NCBI GenBank assembly: GCA_034722055.1
Contig: JAYENL010000103.1
Span: 1 to 17,046, forward strand
Length of the DNA: 17,046 nt
Source of the DNA: Armatimonadota bacterium
GTDB lineage: Bacteria > Armatimonadota > Zipacnadia > Zipacnadales > UBA5352
Direction: 5' to 3'
Part shown: in pieces, positions 1 through 8,096 of the stretch
How positions within the stretch are numbered: position 1 is the first letter of the stretch
Layout: every line of letters starts with the position of its first letter
Notes under the pieces: generated by a model
Seen by the model: the letters and a program-made list of their open reading frames with translations, nothing else
What the model was told of the DNA's origin: nothing
Databases searched by the model: none
Made by a program: the position numbers and the translations under genes

Positions 1-30
1 CTCCGAACGGCGAACGGCCGGGCCGGCTTC

Positions 31-55
31 GGCTCCAGCAAACCACGCTGGAGCC
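31..55. repeat. Perfect 9-bp inverted repeat (hairpin), REP-like or terminator-like
   Basis: GGCTCCAGC (31-39), loop AAACCAC, GCTGGAGCC (47-55). No U-tract on either strand. Lies at the window edge, so context is unknown. Confidence 0.5.
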
Positions 56-157
56 TCAGGCGGCCCCTCCCCTCCTACCACCGGCATTCCGACAGTCCGC
101 TCCCCGGCCCTCGTGCTGGGCACACGAATCTGGATGCTGCCACCCCGTCCCCTCAGC

Positions 158-187
158 TTGACTTGCCCTCAGCCCGCGGCATATAAT
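158..187 (+). promoter_or_regulatory. sigma70-type promoter for the + strand gene cluster
   Basis: TTGACT (158-163), 18-nt spacer, perfect TATAAT (182-187) in otherwise very GC-rich DNA. The ORF-track ATG at 186 lies inside the -10 box. Confidence 0.75.
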
Positions 188-233
188 GCCGTCGCGTGGT
201 GCAGAGGGCCGATTGCCAGGGAGGAGTGTCGTC

Positions 234-794
234 GTGGCCAACGAGGATGCGGAGCGCGCCAAGGCACCGGCCGACGAGGAGGTCGTGGAGGGGGAGGAGG
301 AGCGTCAGCCGGCGCAGGCGGCGGGCGCCCGCAAGCCCGGATGGTTTGCCCGCGTGGTGGAGCGCTGCCGCTCGGCCGTGGGCCGGATTCACCTGCCCGC
401 TCTGGACTGGCGAACCTTCGCCTGGGTTCTGCTGGCCCTGATCGTCCTGGCCTTCATCATCCGCAACTGGGCCCCGGTGCGCATCGCGTTCTTCGGCTGG
501 TATCTTGATGCCCCCCGAGCGGTGGTCTTCGCCATCTTCTTCGTGCTGGGCGTTCTTGGGGCGTGGCTGTGGGAGTTCCGCGGTCGCGCCGCTGTGGCCC
601 GCGAGGCCGAGGAGGCCGAAGAGGCTGAGGAGCCTGAAGAGGCCAAGGAGCCTGAGGAGGCCGAAGCAGCGGAGACGGAGGCTGCAGAGGAAACCGCCGA
701 GGAGCGCGAGGAGACCCCCGCGTGGGAGGCCGAGTCGGGCGGCCTTGAGCCCGGGGACGACGACGAGGCGGGACTGTCAGGTGCGGGGAGCTGA
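234..794 (+). CDS. LapA (DUF1049)-domain small membrane protein with acidic low-complexity termini
   Basis: GGAGG at 220-224, then in-frame GTG at 234 (MANEDAERAK...). Core WVLLALIVLAFIIRNWAPVRIAFFGWYLDAPRAVVFAIFFVLGVLGAWLW fits the LapA pattern (TM, N-x-x-x-V-x-I-x-F, L-x-x-P, TM). Glu/Ala-rich tail. Confidence 0.7.
   Translation: MANEDAERAKAPADEEVVEGEEERQPAQAAGARKPGWFARVVERCRSAVGRIHLPALDWRTFAWVLLALIVLAFIIRNWAPVRIAFFGWYLDAPRAVVFAIFFVLGVLGAWLWEFRGRAAVAREAEEAEEAEEPEEAKEPEEAEAAETEAAEETAEEREETPAWEAESGGLEPGDDDEAGLSGAGS
603..665 (+). repeat. Seven degenerate 9-bp tandem repeats encoding E-[A/P]-[E/K] units
   Basis: gaggccgag gaggccgaa gaggctgag gagcctgaa gaggccaag gagcctgag gaggccgaa, in frame within the LapA-domain gene. 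Confidence 0.8.
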
Positions 795-801
795 TCGACG
801 C

Positions 802-1440
802 GTGAGGACAGGCCTCCGGACGTCCGCTCTCATCGCCATCCCGTTCGCGCTGCTCTTCCACGCCGACCGGGTGGTCGTCAGCACCACCGTCTACAGCGAT
901 CTCTCCGGTGTGCGGCGCGTGCACACTGAGGGCAACAGCACCTACGCCCCGGAGCTGCGGCGCTGGATCGGCAGGATGACGCCGGGATTCGAGACCGATC
1001 GCGTCCGCCGCACCGGGGATACCATCGAGGTCTCTCGCAGCACGCAGCGGAACAACCTGGGCGCACCTGATGACGTGCAGGCCCAGGCCCTGGATGTGGT
1101 GCAGAAGCCGCTCTCGCTGGTCACCGAGTACCAGTGGCGGGAGACCATCGCGCTCAACTACGTCACTGAGGAGGAGCGGGAGGTCCAGCCGCTCGATGAG
1201 TTCGAGTATCGCCTTGTGATGCCCGGTCGGATCACGCAGGCCTCGCCCGCAGCCAGCATCGACGGCCGCACCGCCGTCTGGAAGCTCAGCACCAAGGAGC
1301 CGGAGTACGAGGTAAGTGCCGCGGCCGTGAGCTGGCGGTGGGACATCATCGTCCTGCTGGTGTATGTGGTCGGCTACCTGGCCTACCGCACCACGGCCTT
1401 CCTGGTCCATCGCGCCCGTCTGAGGCCGCGCAAGATATAG
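802..1440 (+). CDS. Exported, membrane-anchored protein, LppM/DUF3153-like
   Basis: GGGGAG at 785-790 and GTG at 802 (GTG at 781 is an alternative). N-terminal hydrophobic stretch (SALIAIPFALLF), motif FEYRLVMPGRITQASPAASIDGRTAVWKL resembling LppM-type domains, and a C-terminal TM (DIIVLLVYVVGYLAY) with a basic tail. Confidence 0.55.
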   Translation: MRTGLRTSALIAIPFALLFHADRVVVSTTVYSDLSGVRRVHTEGNSTYAPELRRWIGRMTPGFETDRVRRTGDTIEVSRSTQRNNLGAPDDVQAQALDVVQKPLSLVTEYQWRETIALNYVTEEEREVQPLDEFEYRLVMPGRITQASPAASIDGRTAVWKLSTKEPEYEVSAAAVSWRWDIIVLLVYVVGYLAYRTTAFLVHRARLRPRKI

Positions 1441-1459
1441 CCGGGTCATCGGCATCAGC

Positions 1460-1499
1460 GCGGCCGCGGGCGGCAGTCCGCGGCCGCTTTCAGTTTCTT
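1460..1499 (+). terminator. Intrinsic terminator-like hairpin
   Basis: 12-bp stem GCGGCCGCGGGC / GTCCGCGGCCGC (one G-U pair) with a GGCA (GNRA) loop, followed by TTTCAGTTTCTT. Confidence 0.5.
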
Positions 1500-1522
1500 C
1501 GCATGCGAGGGAGCGACCCGCC

Positions 1523-2572
1523 GTGCCCACGCCCGGAACCGGCAAGATCGACCTGCGCAGCGACACCAAGACCGTCCCCGACGCCCGGATGCGCCTGGCC
1601 ATGAGCGAGGCGGAGGTGGGCGACGACAAGGCCGGCGAGGACCCCACCGTCAAGCGGCTGGAGGAGATGTCCGCCCGGCTCCTCGGCAAGGAGGCCGGCC
1701 TCTTCGTGGCCTCCGGCACCATGGGCAACCTGGTCTCCATCAGGGCCCAGACGCAGCCAGGCCAGGAGATCATCCTGGAGCGGCAGGCCCACATCTACCT
1801 GTGGGAGGGCGGCGGCATTTCGACCATCTGCGGCCTGCTGCCCCGCACCATCCGCGGCGTGCACGGCTTCATGGACCCCGACGACGTGGAGGCCGCCATC
1901 TCCGACGGCTCCAACGTCCACAAGGGCGCCACCGGCATCGTGGAGCTGGAGAACACCCACAACATGGCCGGCGGCGTCGCGCTCTCCACCGAGCAGACCC
2001 GGGCGCTGTGCGACGTGGCGCATCGACACGGGCTGCCGGTGCATCTCGACGGCGCGCGCATCTTCAACGCCGCCGTTGCGCAGGGCGTGGACCCCGCGGA
2101 GCTGGTCGAGCCGGTGGACAGCGTGCAGTTCTGCTTCTCCAAGAGCCTCGGCGCGCCGGTGGGGTCAATGATCTGCGGCGACAGGGAGCTCATCGAGCGG
2201 GCCCGCGGCGTCCGCAACCTGGTGGGCGGGGCCATGCGCCAGGCCGGCGTCATCGCCGCAGCGGCCATCGTGGCGCTGGAGAACACTCCTCAGCGGCTGC
2301 ACCAGGACCACGAGCACGCCCGCACCATCGCGGAGACGCTGGTGGAGCTGCCCGGCATCCACGTGGACCTCGATACGGTGCAGACGAATATGGTCTACCT
2401 GCAGGTGCGGCGCGAGGACGTTGACGCGCCGTCGCTGTGCCGCGCGCTGGAGGCCTACGACATCCTGGCGATCCCTCGCGACGACGCGAACATCCGCCTG
2501 GTCACGCACGTGCAAGTCTCCGACGAGGACACCGAGCGCGTCTGCCGGGCACTGCGAGAGGTGCTCGGCTGA
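1523..2572 (+). CDS. ltaE: Low-specificity L-threonine aldolase (PLP-dependent)
   Basis: Motifs DLRSDT, GEDPTV, SGTMGNL, ENTHN, HLDGARIFNA, CFSKSLGAPVGS (PLP lysine) and GGAMRQAG. GGGAG RBS before the GTG start. Confidence 0.92.
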   Translation: MPTPGTGKIDLRSDTKTVPDARMRLAMSEAEVGDDKAGEDPTVKRLEEMSARLLGKEAGLFVASGTMGNLVSIRAQTQPGQEIILERQAHIYLWEGGGISTICGLLPRTIRGVHGFMDPDDVEAAISDGSNVHKGATGIVELENTHNMAGGVALSTEQTRALCDVAHRHGLPVHLDGARIFNAAVAQGVDPAELVEPVDSVQFCFSKSLGAPVGSMICGDRELIERARGVRNLVGGAMRQAGVIAAAAIVALENTPQRLHQDHEHARTIAETLVELPGIHVDLDTVQTNMVYLQVRREDVDAPSLCRALEAYDILAIPRDDANIRLVTHVQVSDEDTERVCRALREVLG

Positions 2573-2575
2573 GCG

Positions 2576-3349
2576 ATGCTGGAGCATACCTTCCTGCATC
2601 TGCCGGGTGTGGGGGAGAAGACGGAGCGCTCCCTCTGGGAGCAGGGCATTGTGACCTGGGCGGACGCCATCGACTCCGGGGCCTGCCCCACCGGCTTCTC
2701 GTCCGGGCGCTGGGGGCAGACCTGCAGGCTGCTCGAACAGTCCCTGCGGAGCCTGCAGCGGGGCGATCACCGGCACTTCGCCGAGGCGCTGGCCAGCGCC
2801 GAGCACTGGCGGGCCTGGCGGGACTTCCGGCGCGGCGCCGCCTACCTGGACATTGAGACCACGGGCTGCAGCTCCCACGACCAGGTCACGGTCGTGGGGC
2901 TCTACGACGGCGTGCGCACCTGCAGCTTCATCTCCGGGGACAACCTCGACCAGCTTCCGGAGGTCATCTCCCAGTACTCCATGCTGGTGACCTTCAACGG
3001 ATCGAGCTTCGACGTTCCCTTCCTGCGGCGCCGCTTCCCCGGCCTGCAGTTCGACCACCTGCACGTGGACCTCATGCACGTGCTGCGGCGCCTGGGCCTG
3101 AGGGGCGGGCTGAAGGCCATCGAGCGGCGCGTGGGGATCGCGCGGCACTCGGACATCGCGCACCTCGACGGCTGGGACGCCGTGCGCCTGTGGCGGGAGT
3201 GGTGCCGGGGCAGCGACGAGTCCCTGGAGCTGCTGGTGCGGTACAACACCGCGGACATCGAGAACCTCGAGCGCCTCGCTGGCCTGGCCTACCGCCAGCT
3301 CCGCTCCTCGCTGCGGCTGCCCTGTGACGATGGGGGAGAGGGGCAGTGA
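2576..3349 (+). CDS. YprB-like RNase H-fold (RNase_H_2) DEDDy 3'-5' exonuclease
   Basis: ExoI YLDIETTG, ExoII TFNGSSFDVPFL, HVDL and GGLKAIE motifs, ExoIII YNTAD. N-terminal LPGVGEKTERSLW resembles a helix-hairpin-helix. Confidence 0.85.
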   Translation: MLEHTFLHLPGVGEKTERSLWEQGIVTWADAIDSGACPTGFSSGRWGQTCRLLEQSLRSLQRGDHRHFAEALASAEHWRAWRDFRRGAAYLDIETTGCSSHDQVTVVGLYDGVRTCSFISGDNLDQLPEVISQYSMLVTFNGSSFDVPFLRRRFPGLQFDHLHVDLMHVLRRLGLRGGLKAIERRVGIARHSDIAHLDGWDAVRLWREWCRGSDESLELLVRYNTADIENLERLAGLAYRQLRSSLRLPCDDGGEGQ

Positions 3350-4572
3350 GCTCCCGGGACAGGGCGGACTCGCTCCAGGGCATCACCCCGGTGCACAGGC
3401 TCATCATCGCCGCCTTCGTGATGGACATGGGGGTGGCGATGGTGGGCATGGCGGTGCAGTTCATGGGCAACGCCCTGGAGGCGGCGCCCACCATCCTGGG
3501 GCTGCTGGGCACCGCCTCCCCCGCGGCCTACACGCTCGGCTGCCTCTTCACGGGCCGCCTCTCCGACCGCTTGGGCCGCCGGCTGCTCAACAGTGCCGCC
3601 TGCCTGGTCTGCGCCGCGGCCTGGCTGGCCATGACGCAGACGGAGACGGCGCTGCAGCTTCTCGCCATCATCCCCGTCTCGGGCGCCGCCATCTCCATGT
3701 TCTGGCCGCCGCTGCAGGCGTGGCTGTCGGAGGTGACCGTCGGCGGTCGGAGGCGCCTGGTCAGGAACATCGGGGCCTTCAACATCTCCTGGACCATCGG
3801 CCTGATGCTGGGGCCGCCGGTGGCCGGGCTGGCCTGGGACATCGGGCCCGCCGCCCCCTTCATCATCGCCGCCGCGGCGGTCATCGGAGTGCTGGTGCTC
3901 CTGCAGACCATCCCGGCAGAGGTCGAGGGCGGGGGAGAGGAGGGGCCGGAGGACGAGGCAGGCGGCCCCGACGGCGAGATTGCCCGGCGCTTCCTGTACC
4001 TGGCGTGGATCGCGAACTTCGCGAGCTGGTTCGGCCGCGGCATGAACATTGTGGTCTTCCCCAAGCTGGGAACCGATGCGGGCCTTCCCGCCCGCGTCAT
4101 CGGCACCACAGTTGCCATGTTCCTGGCAGGCCAGCTTGTGATGTTCCTGTATCTGCGCACCAGGTCCGGCTGGCAGTACCGCCTGTGGCCGCTGCTGGCG
4201 GCGCTGGGGGCCGGCAGCGCAGGGTGGCTGATCGCCTACAGCGCGGCATCGCCTGCGCTCTACGCTGCGGCCTTCGCCATCGCCGGCATGGGCGCGGGCG
4301 TCACCTACGTCTCCAGCCTCTACTACAGCCTCCAGGGCCACACCGTCTCCCGCGGCGCTCGCACCGGCATTCACGAGGCCGTGCTGGGCAGCGGAATCTT
4401 CCTGGGCCCGCTCTTCGGTGGCCTGGTCGCCGACCACGTTGCCCTCAATGCCCCCTATGTGCTGACAGCGGGGGTCTTCGCTCTCTTCGCCGCAATCGTC
4501 TACGCCGCCTGGCGGCGCATGCGCATCAATGCCCAGCGGCGCGCCGAACAGGCGGAGGTGCTTGGGGAGTGA
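3346..4572 (+). CDS. MFS transporter
   Basis: 408 aa with about 12 hydrophobic segments, MFS motif A (GRLSDRLGRR), GLMLGPPVAG and GIFLGPLFGG, and an acidic central loop. GTGA overlap with the upstream stop. Confidence 0.9.
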   Translation: MSSRDRADSLQGITPVHRLIIAAFVMDMGVAMVGMAVQFMGNALEAAPTILGLLGTASPAAYTLGCLFTGRLSDRLGRRLLNSAACLVCAAAWLAMTQTETALQLLAIIPVSGAAISMFWPPLQAWLSEVTVGGRRRLVRNIGAFNISWTIGLMLGPPVAGLAWDIGPAAPFIIAAAAVIGVLVLLQTIPAEVEGGGEEGPEDEAGGPDGEIARRFLYLAWIANFASWFGRGMNIVVFPKLGTDAGLPARVIGTTVAMFLAGQLVMFLYLRTRSGWQYRLWPLLAALGAGSAGWLIAYSAASPALYAAAFAIAGMGAGVTYVSSLYYSLQGHTVSRGARTGIHEAVLGSGIFLGPLFGGLVADHVALNAPYVLTAGVFALFAAIVYAAWRRMRINAQRRAEQAEVLGE

Positions 4573-5600
4573 GCCTCAAAGCGGTCCTGCTGGCGGCCGG
4601 CGAGGGCACGCGTATGCGCCCGCTGACCCACCGGCGGCCCAAGCCCCTCGTGCCCGTGGCAGGCCGGCCCATCATCGAGCACATCGCGGGCGGCCTGGCC
4701 CGGGCGGGCATCTCCGACATCTGCCTGGTCATCGGCTACCTGGGCGAGCAGCTTCAGCAGCGGCTCGGCGACGGAACGCGCCTCGGCGCGCGCCTGCACT
4801 ACCGCTGGCAGGAGGAGTACGGTGGAACGGGCGCGGCGCTGCTGCTGGCCGAGGACTTCATCGGCGGCGACCGCTTCGTGCTGGGCTGGGGGGACATCAT
4901 CATCCCGCCGGGCAACTACCGCCGGATGCTGCAGGTCTACGAGCGCGAGCGCCCGGAGGCCATGCTGGCCGTCAACTGGGTGGAGGACCCCTGGGAGGGC
5001 GCGGCGGTCTACGTCCAGGACGGCTTCATCGACCGGATCATCGAGAAGCCCGAGCCCGGTACATCGACCACCAACTTCAACAACGCCGGACTCTTCGTCT
5101 TCGGGCCCGAGATGCTCGAGGTCCTGCGGGAGACCCCGCTCTCGCCGCGCGGCGAGCTGGAGGTGCCGTCGGCTATCGACGCCATGCTGCAGGCCGGCGC
5201 GCGCATCAGGGCCTTCGAGATCGAGGGCTACTGGTCGGACGTGGCCAGGCCCTCCAGCGCCGTGGCCATCTCCGGGGAGATCATCAAGGGCATGTCGCAC
5301 TCCGGCCGCATCTTTCATCCCCTGGCCCGCGTGGCCCCCGGGGCGGAGGTGGTCCCGCCAGTCCTCATCGGTCCCGACGCCGTGGTGGAGGCGGCGCGCA
5401 TCGGCCCCAACGCCACCATCATGGCGGGGGCCTGCGTGGGGCGTGACTCGGCTGTCGCCGATGCCATGGTGCTTCCCGGGGCCGTCGTCGGCGCAGGGTG
5501 CGACCTGCGAGATGTGGTGATTGAGGCCGGGGCGCAGGTGCCCGACGGCACAGGAGTTGCGGGCGAGCAAGGAGAAGTAGCAGTTCTGGGAGGTGCCTGA
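4569..5600 (+). CDS. Sugar-phosphate nucleotidyltransferase (RmlA-long / archaeal GlmU-like) with C-terminal left-handed beta-helix
   Basis: GTG at 4569 overlaps the MFS TGA. Motifs KAVLLAAGEGTRMRPLT..PKPL, GTGAAL, WGD, IIEKP, SPRGELEV and GYWSDV, then hexapeptide-like repeats (IGPDAVV, IGPNATI, VGRDSAV). Confidence 0.88.
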   Translation: MSLKAVLLAAGEGTRMRPLTHRRPKPLVPVAGRPIIEHIAGGLARAGISDICLVIGYLGEQLQQRLGDGTRLGARLHYRWQEEYGGTGAALLLAEDFIGGDRFVLGWGDIIIPPGNYRRMLQVYERERPEAMLAVNWVEDPWEGAAVYVQDGFIDRIIEKPEPGTSTTNFNNAGLFVFGPEMLEVLRETPLSPRGELEVPSAIDAMLQAGARIRAFEIEGYWSDVARPSSAVAISGEIIKGMSHSGRIFHPLARVAPGAEVVPPVLIGPDAVVEAARIGPNATIMAGACVGRDSAVADAMVLPGAVVGAGCDLRDVVIEAGAQVPDGTGVAGEQGEVAVLGGA

Positions 5601-6716
5601 GTGTCAACCACGCAGTCGGGGGCCGTCTTCGAGCTCAAGCCGCTGGGGCTGGCGGACCTGCTGGACGTGGTGTGGCGCATGTACAAGGCGCACATCGGGC
5701 GCTTCCTGGGCATCGCTGCGGTCGTCTACCTTCCCCTGGGCGTGCTGCAGATCGCGGCCGCGGCGCTGATGATGCAGGGCTGGGACATGGCCTCGCCCAC
5801 GCCGGCCTTCTCCGACTACAACCTCATCGGCCTGGGGTTCTTCGTCATAGTCATCTTCCTGTTCTGGGCCGCCATCCCGGTGATGCAGGCGGCCATCGCC
5901 AAGGCGGTCTCGGAGTACTACCTTGGCTCTGAGCCCACGCTCGGCGGCGTCTATCGCTTCGCCCTCCACCGCTGGCCGTCGCTGCTGGGCGTGGCCATCC
6001 TGACCGCTCTGATCGGTGCGGGCGTCTGCGGCCTGGTGATGGTGCCGGCGGTAGCGCTGTTCGCGGGCATGGGGGTGATGGCGGAGGACGTAGGCCCCAG
6101 CATGTGGGCTGTTGCGGCGCTGGGCGGCCTGCTGCTGGCTCTGGTCGCCGTCAATCTGTGGATCGCCGTCGTTGTCCGGCTGTTCTGCGCCGCTCTGGCG
6201 GTGGTGCTGGAGGACCGGGGGGCGATTGACGCACTGCTCCGAAGCTGGAACCTCACCCAGGGACGCTTCTGGCCCACGCTGGTGACCCTGGGCATCCTGT
6301 GGCTGCTGGTCAGTGTGCTGACGGCCATCGTGGTGTGGCCCTTCCAGATCCCGGCGTATGTCACCGACTACGTGCCCGAGAACGTGGAGCAGAGCATTCT
6401 CAGCGCGCTCTCCATCACCGCCCAGCTCCTCTTCCAGCCCCTGCACATCGTCGGCACGGTCCTGCTCTACTACGATCTGCGCATCCGCAAGGAGGGCTTC
6501 GACCTGACCATGATGGCCGAGGCCATCAACGAGCCGGGCCTGGCGGAGCAGGTCCCGGAGCGGAGGCCTGCCGAGGCACTCTACGGAGGCGAGGCCGAGG
6601 AGCCCGCGGGCGCCGAGCCCGCGTCCGGTGCGCCGCCCGGCGAGCAATCACCCTCATGGCCCACAGCGGGAGATACGGATGACCCGGCAGATACAGATTG
6701 GCCTTCGCGACCGTGA
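5601..6716 (+). CDS. Polytopic membrane protein of unknown function (GPDPase-membrane-domain/DUF7544-like)
   Basis: GGAGG RBS and GTG directly after the upstream TGA. LKPLGLADLLDVVWRMYK N-terminus, about 6 TM segments, and VVLED...A-L-x-RSWNLTQGRFW and LLYYDLRIRKEGFDL motifs typical of this family. Confidence 0.75.
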   Translation: MSTTQSGAVFELKPLGLADLLDVVWRMYKAHIGRFLGIAAVVYLPLGVLQIAAAALMMQGWDMASPTPAFSDYNLIGLGFFVIVIFLFWAAIPVMQAAIAKAVSEYYLGSEPTLGGVYRFALHRWPSLLGVAILTALIGAGVCGLVMVPAVALFAGMGVMAEDVGPSMWAVAALGGLLLALVAVNLWIAVVVRLFCAALAVVLEDRGAIDALLRSWNLTQGRFWPTLVTLGILWLLVSVLTAIVVWPFQIPAYVTDYVPENVEQSILSALSITAQLLFQPLHIVGTVLLYYDLRIRKEGFDLTMMAEAINEPGLAEQVPERRPAEALYGGEAEEPAGAEPASGAPPGEQSPSWPTAGDTDDPADTDWPSRP

Positions 6717-7605
6717 TGTGACCGCCCGCATCGAGCTGTGCGACGACACCGCCCCCAATGCCTCCGACCTGCTGTGGGGGATCCTGCAGACGCCCTTTGT
6801 GGGCCGCGCGGTCCACGCCATCTACGCCGGGCCGGCCGTGCTCATCGCCATCCCCCAGCGCCACGGCGAGCCCCGCGGCGGGCAGATCCCGGTCGAGAAT
6901 GAGACACAGCGCCCGCCGCCTGGAGCAGTGCTGCTGCTGCCCCCTGTGGCCGATGATGCTGAGGACATCTGGGGCGAGCCCGGCGCGGAGGCCGGCGTGA
7001 CCGTCGCGGTCTTCTACGGGCGGCAGGGCCGCCCGTTCACGCCCTCCGGCTGGCAGCCGGGCGTGGTCGCCGGACGAGTCAGCCAAGGCCTGAAGCGGCT
7101 GCGGGAGGCCTGTCGCCGGGTGCGCTTCGAGGGCGCCCAGGAGGTCCACCTGGGCCGAGAGCCGTCCGGGAGCGAGGTGGCGTCGGCGATCCTGTTCTCA
7201 GATGGTGCGTCCCTGGGCAACCCCGGCCCGGCCGGCGCCGGCTTCGTCCTCACGGCTCCGGACGGCCGGCTCCTCGCCGAGGGCTCCGTGCCGCTGGAGC
7301 CGACCACGGTCAACGTGGCGGAGTACCGGGCGCTGATCGCCGGTCTGCACGAGGCGTGCAGGCAGGGCGTCACCCGGCTCCAGGCCCGCATGGACAGCCT
7401 CCTGCTGGTCAAGCAGCTCACCGGCGAGTACCGCGTCAAGGCCCCGCATCTCCGCCCGCTGTACCAGTGGGCTGGCAAGCTCATCAACAAGCTCGACAGC
7501 TTCTCGGTGGCGCACGTCCCGCGCGAGGAGAACCAGCGCGCCGATGAGCTGGCGGGAGACGCCGCGCGACGCTCCAGGGAGCAGAACGCCGACGATGGCG
7601 AGTGA
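6679..7605 (+). CDS. DUF3830-like (cyclophilin-like fold) domain fused to ribonuclease HI
   Basis: GGGAG at 6668-6672 and ATG at 6679. C-terminal half has FSDGASLGNPGPAGAG, NVAEYRALIAGL, MDSLLLVKQLTGEYRVK and HVPREENQRADELA, with all four catalytic acidic residues. N-terminal half has ARIELCDDTAP, HAIYAG, ENETQRPPPG, VAVFYG and GAQ motifs resembling DUF3830. Confidence 0.78.
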   Translation: MTRQIQIGLRDRDVTARIELCDDTAPNASDLLWGILQTPFVGRAVHAIYAGPAVLIAIPQRHGEPRGGQIPVENETQRPPPGAVLLLPPVADDAEDIWGEPGAEAGVTVAVFYGRQGRPFTPSGWQPGVVAGRVSQGLKRLREACRRVRFEGAQEVHLGREPSGSEVASAILFSDGASLGNPGPAGAGFVLTAPDGRLLAEGSVPLEPTTVNVAEYRALIAGLHEACRQGVTRLQARMDSLLLVKQLTGEYRVKAPHLRPLYQWAGKLINKLDSFSVAHVPREENQRADELAGDAARRSREQNADDGE

Positions 7606-8077
7606 TGACTGGCGGATGGCGATAAGCTGGGTGATCGAGGGCGAGGTAGCGGCCTTCTCCGCGCTTGTCCTCAGGCAGCCCGAGCGTCTCCAGGAGGCGG
7701 GCATCGGCGCCATCGTGTCCCTGACCGAGGACCTGCCCTCGGACCTGAGGGGGGAGAGTCGGTTCGAGGTGCTGCACCTGCCCATCCAGGACATGACGCC
7801 GCCCGACATGGAGCAGGTGGAGCGCTACGTGCGATTCGTGGACCGTATGCTGGCGACCGGGCGGGCAGTGGGGACGCACTGCCTGGCGGGCCTGGGGCGC
7901 ACCGGCACCATGATCGCCTGCTATCTCGTCTCCCGGGGATACAGCGCCGAGGAGGCCATCCGCAGGGTCCGCGACGCCCGCCCCGGCGCAATCCAGACGG
8001 AGACGCAAGAGCGCGCCGTCGCTCGCTGGGAGATGATCCAGTCCGGCGACTGGGACGCCATCGCCGACTTCCTGTAG
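7595..8077 (+). CDS. Dual-specificity / Cys-based protein phosphatase (DUSP23/CDC14-like)
   Basis: CX5R P-loop HCLAGLGRTG, acid loop HLPIQD, ACYLV and RPGAIQT motifs. Start is ATG 7595 or ATG 7616 (MAISWVIEG). Confidence 0.88.
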   Translation: MASDDWRMAISWVIEGEVAAFSALVLRQPERLQEAGIGAIVSLTEDLPSDLRGESRFEVLHLPIQDMTPPDMEQVERYVRFVDRMLATGRAVGTHCLAGLGRTGTMIACYLVSRGYSAEEAIRRVRDARPGAIQTETQERAVARWEMIQSGDWDAIADFL

Positions 8078-8096
8078 CGCCGAGTTAGAGTCGATC

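Noticed and set aside
1..157. Structured RNA gene at the window start
   Set aside because: Only isolated hairpins (31-55, 111-127) are visible, with no known family motif, and the region is truncated by the window edge.
186..233. ATG 186 as start of the first gene
   Set aside because: The ATG lies inside the TATAAT box, and a GGAGG-GTG start exists at 234.
505..801. N-terminal extension of the 505-1440 ORF
   Set aside because: It overlaps the LapA-domain gene out of frame and is low-complexity Arg/Pro. An RBS and GTG at 802 give a sensible signal-like N-terminus.
3324..5600. 758-aa ORF as a large fusion protein
   Set aside because: The first 415 codons are an off-frame shadow of the MFS gene (Arg/Gly/His-rich nonsense). 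The real nucleotidyltransferase starts at GTG 4569.
6679..7605. Retroelement or anti-phage system inferred from the RNase H domains
   Set aside because: No reverse transcriptase, integrase, NTPase or other defence partner is present, and the codon style and context look housekeeping.
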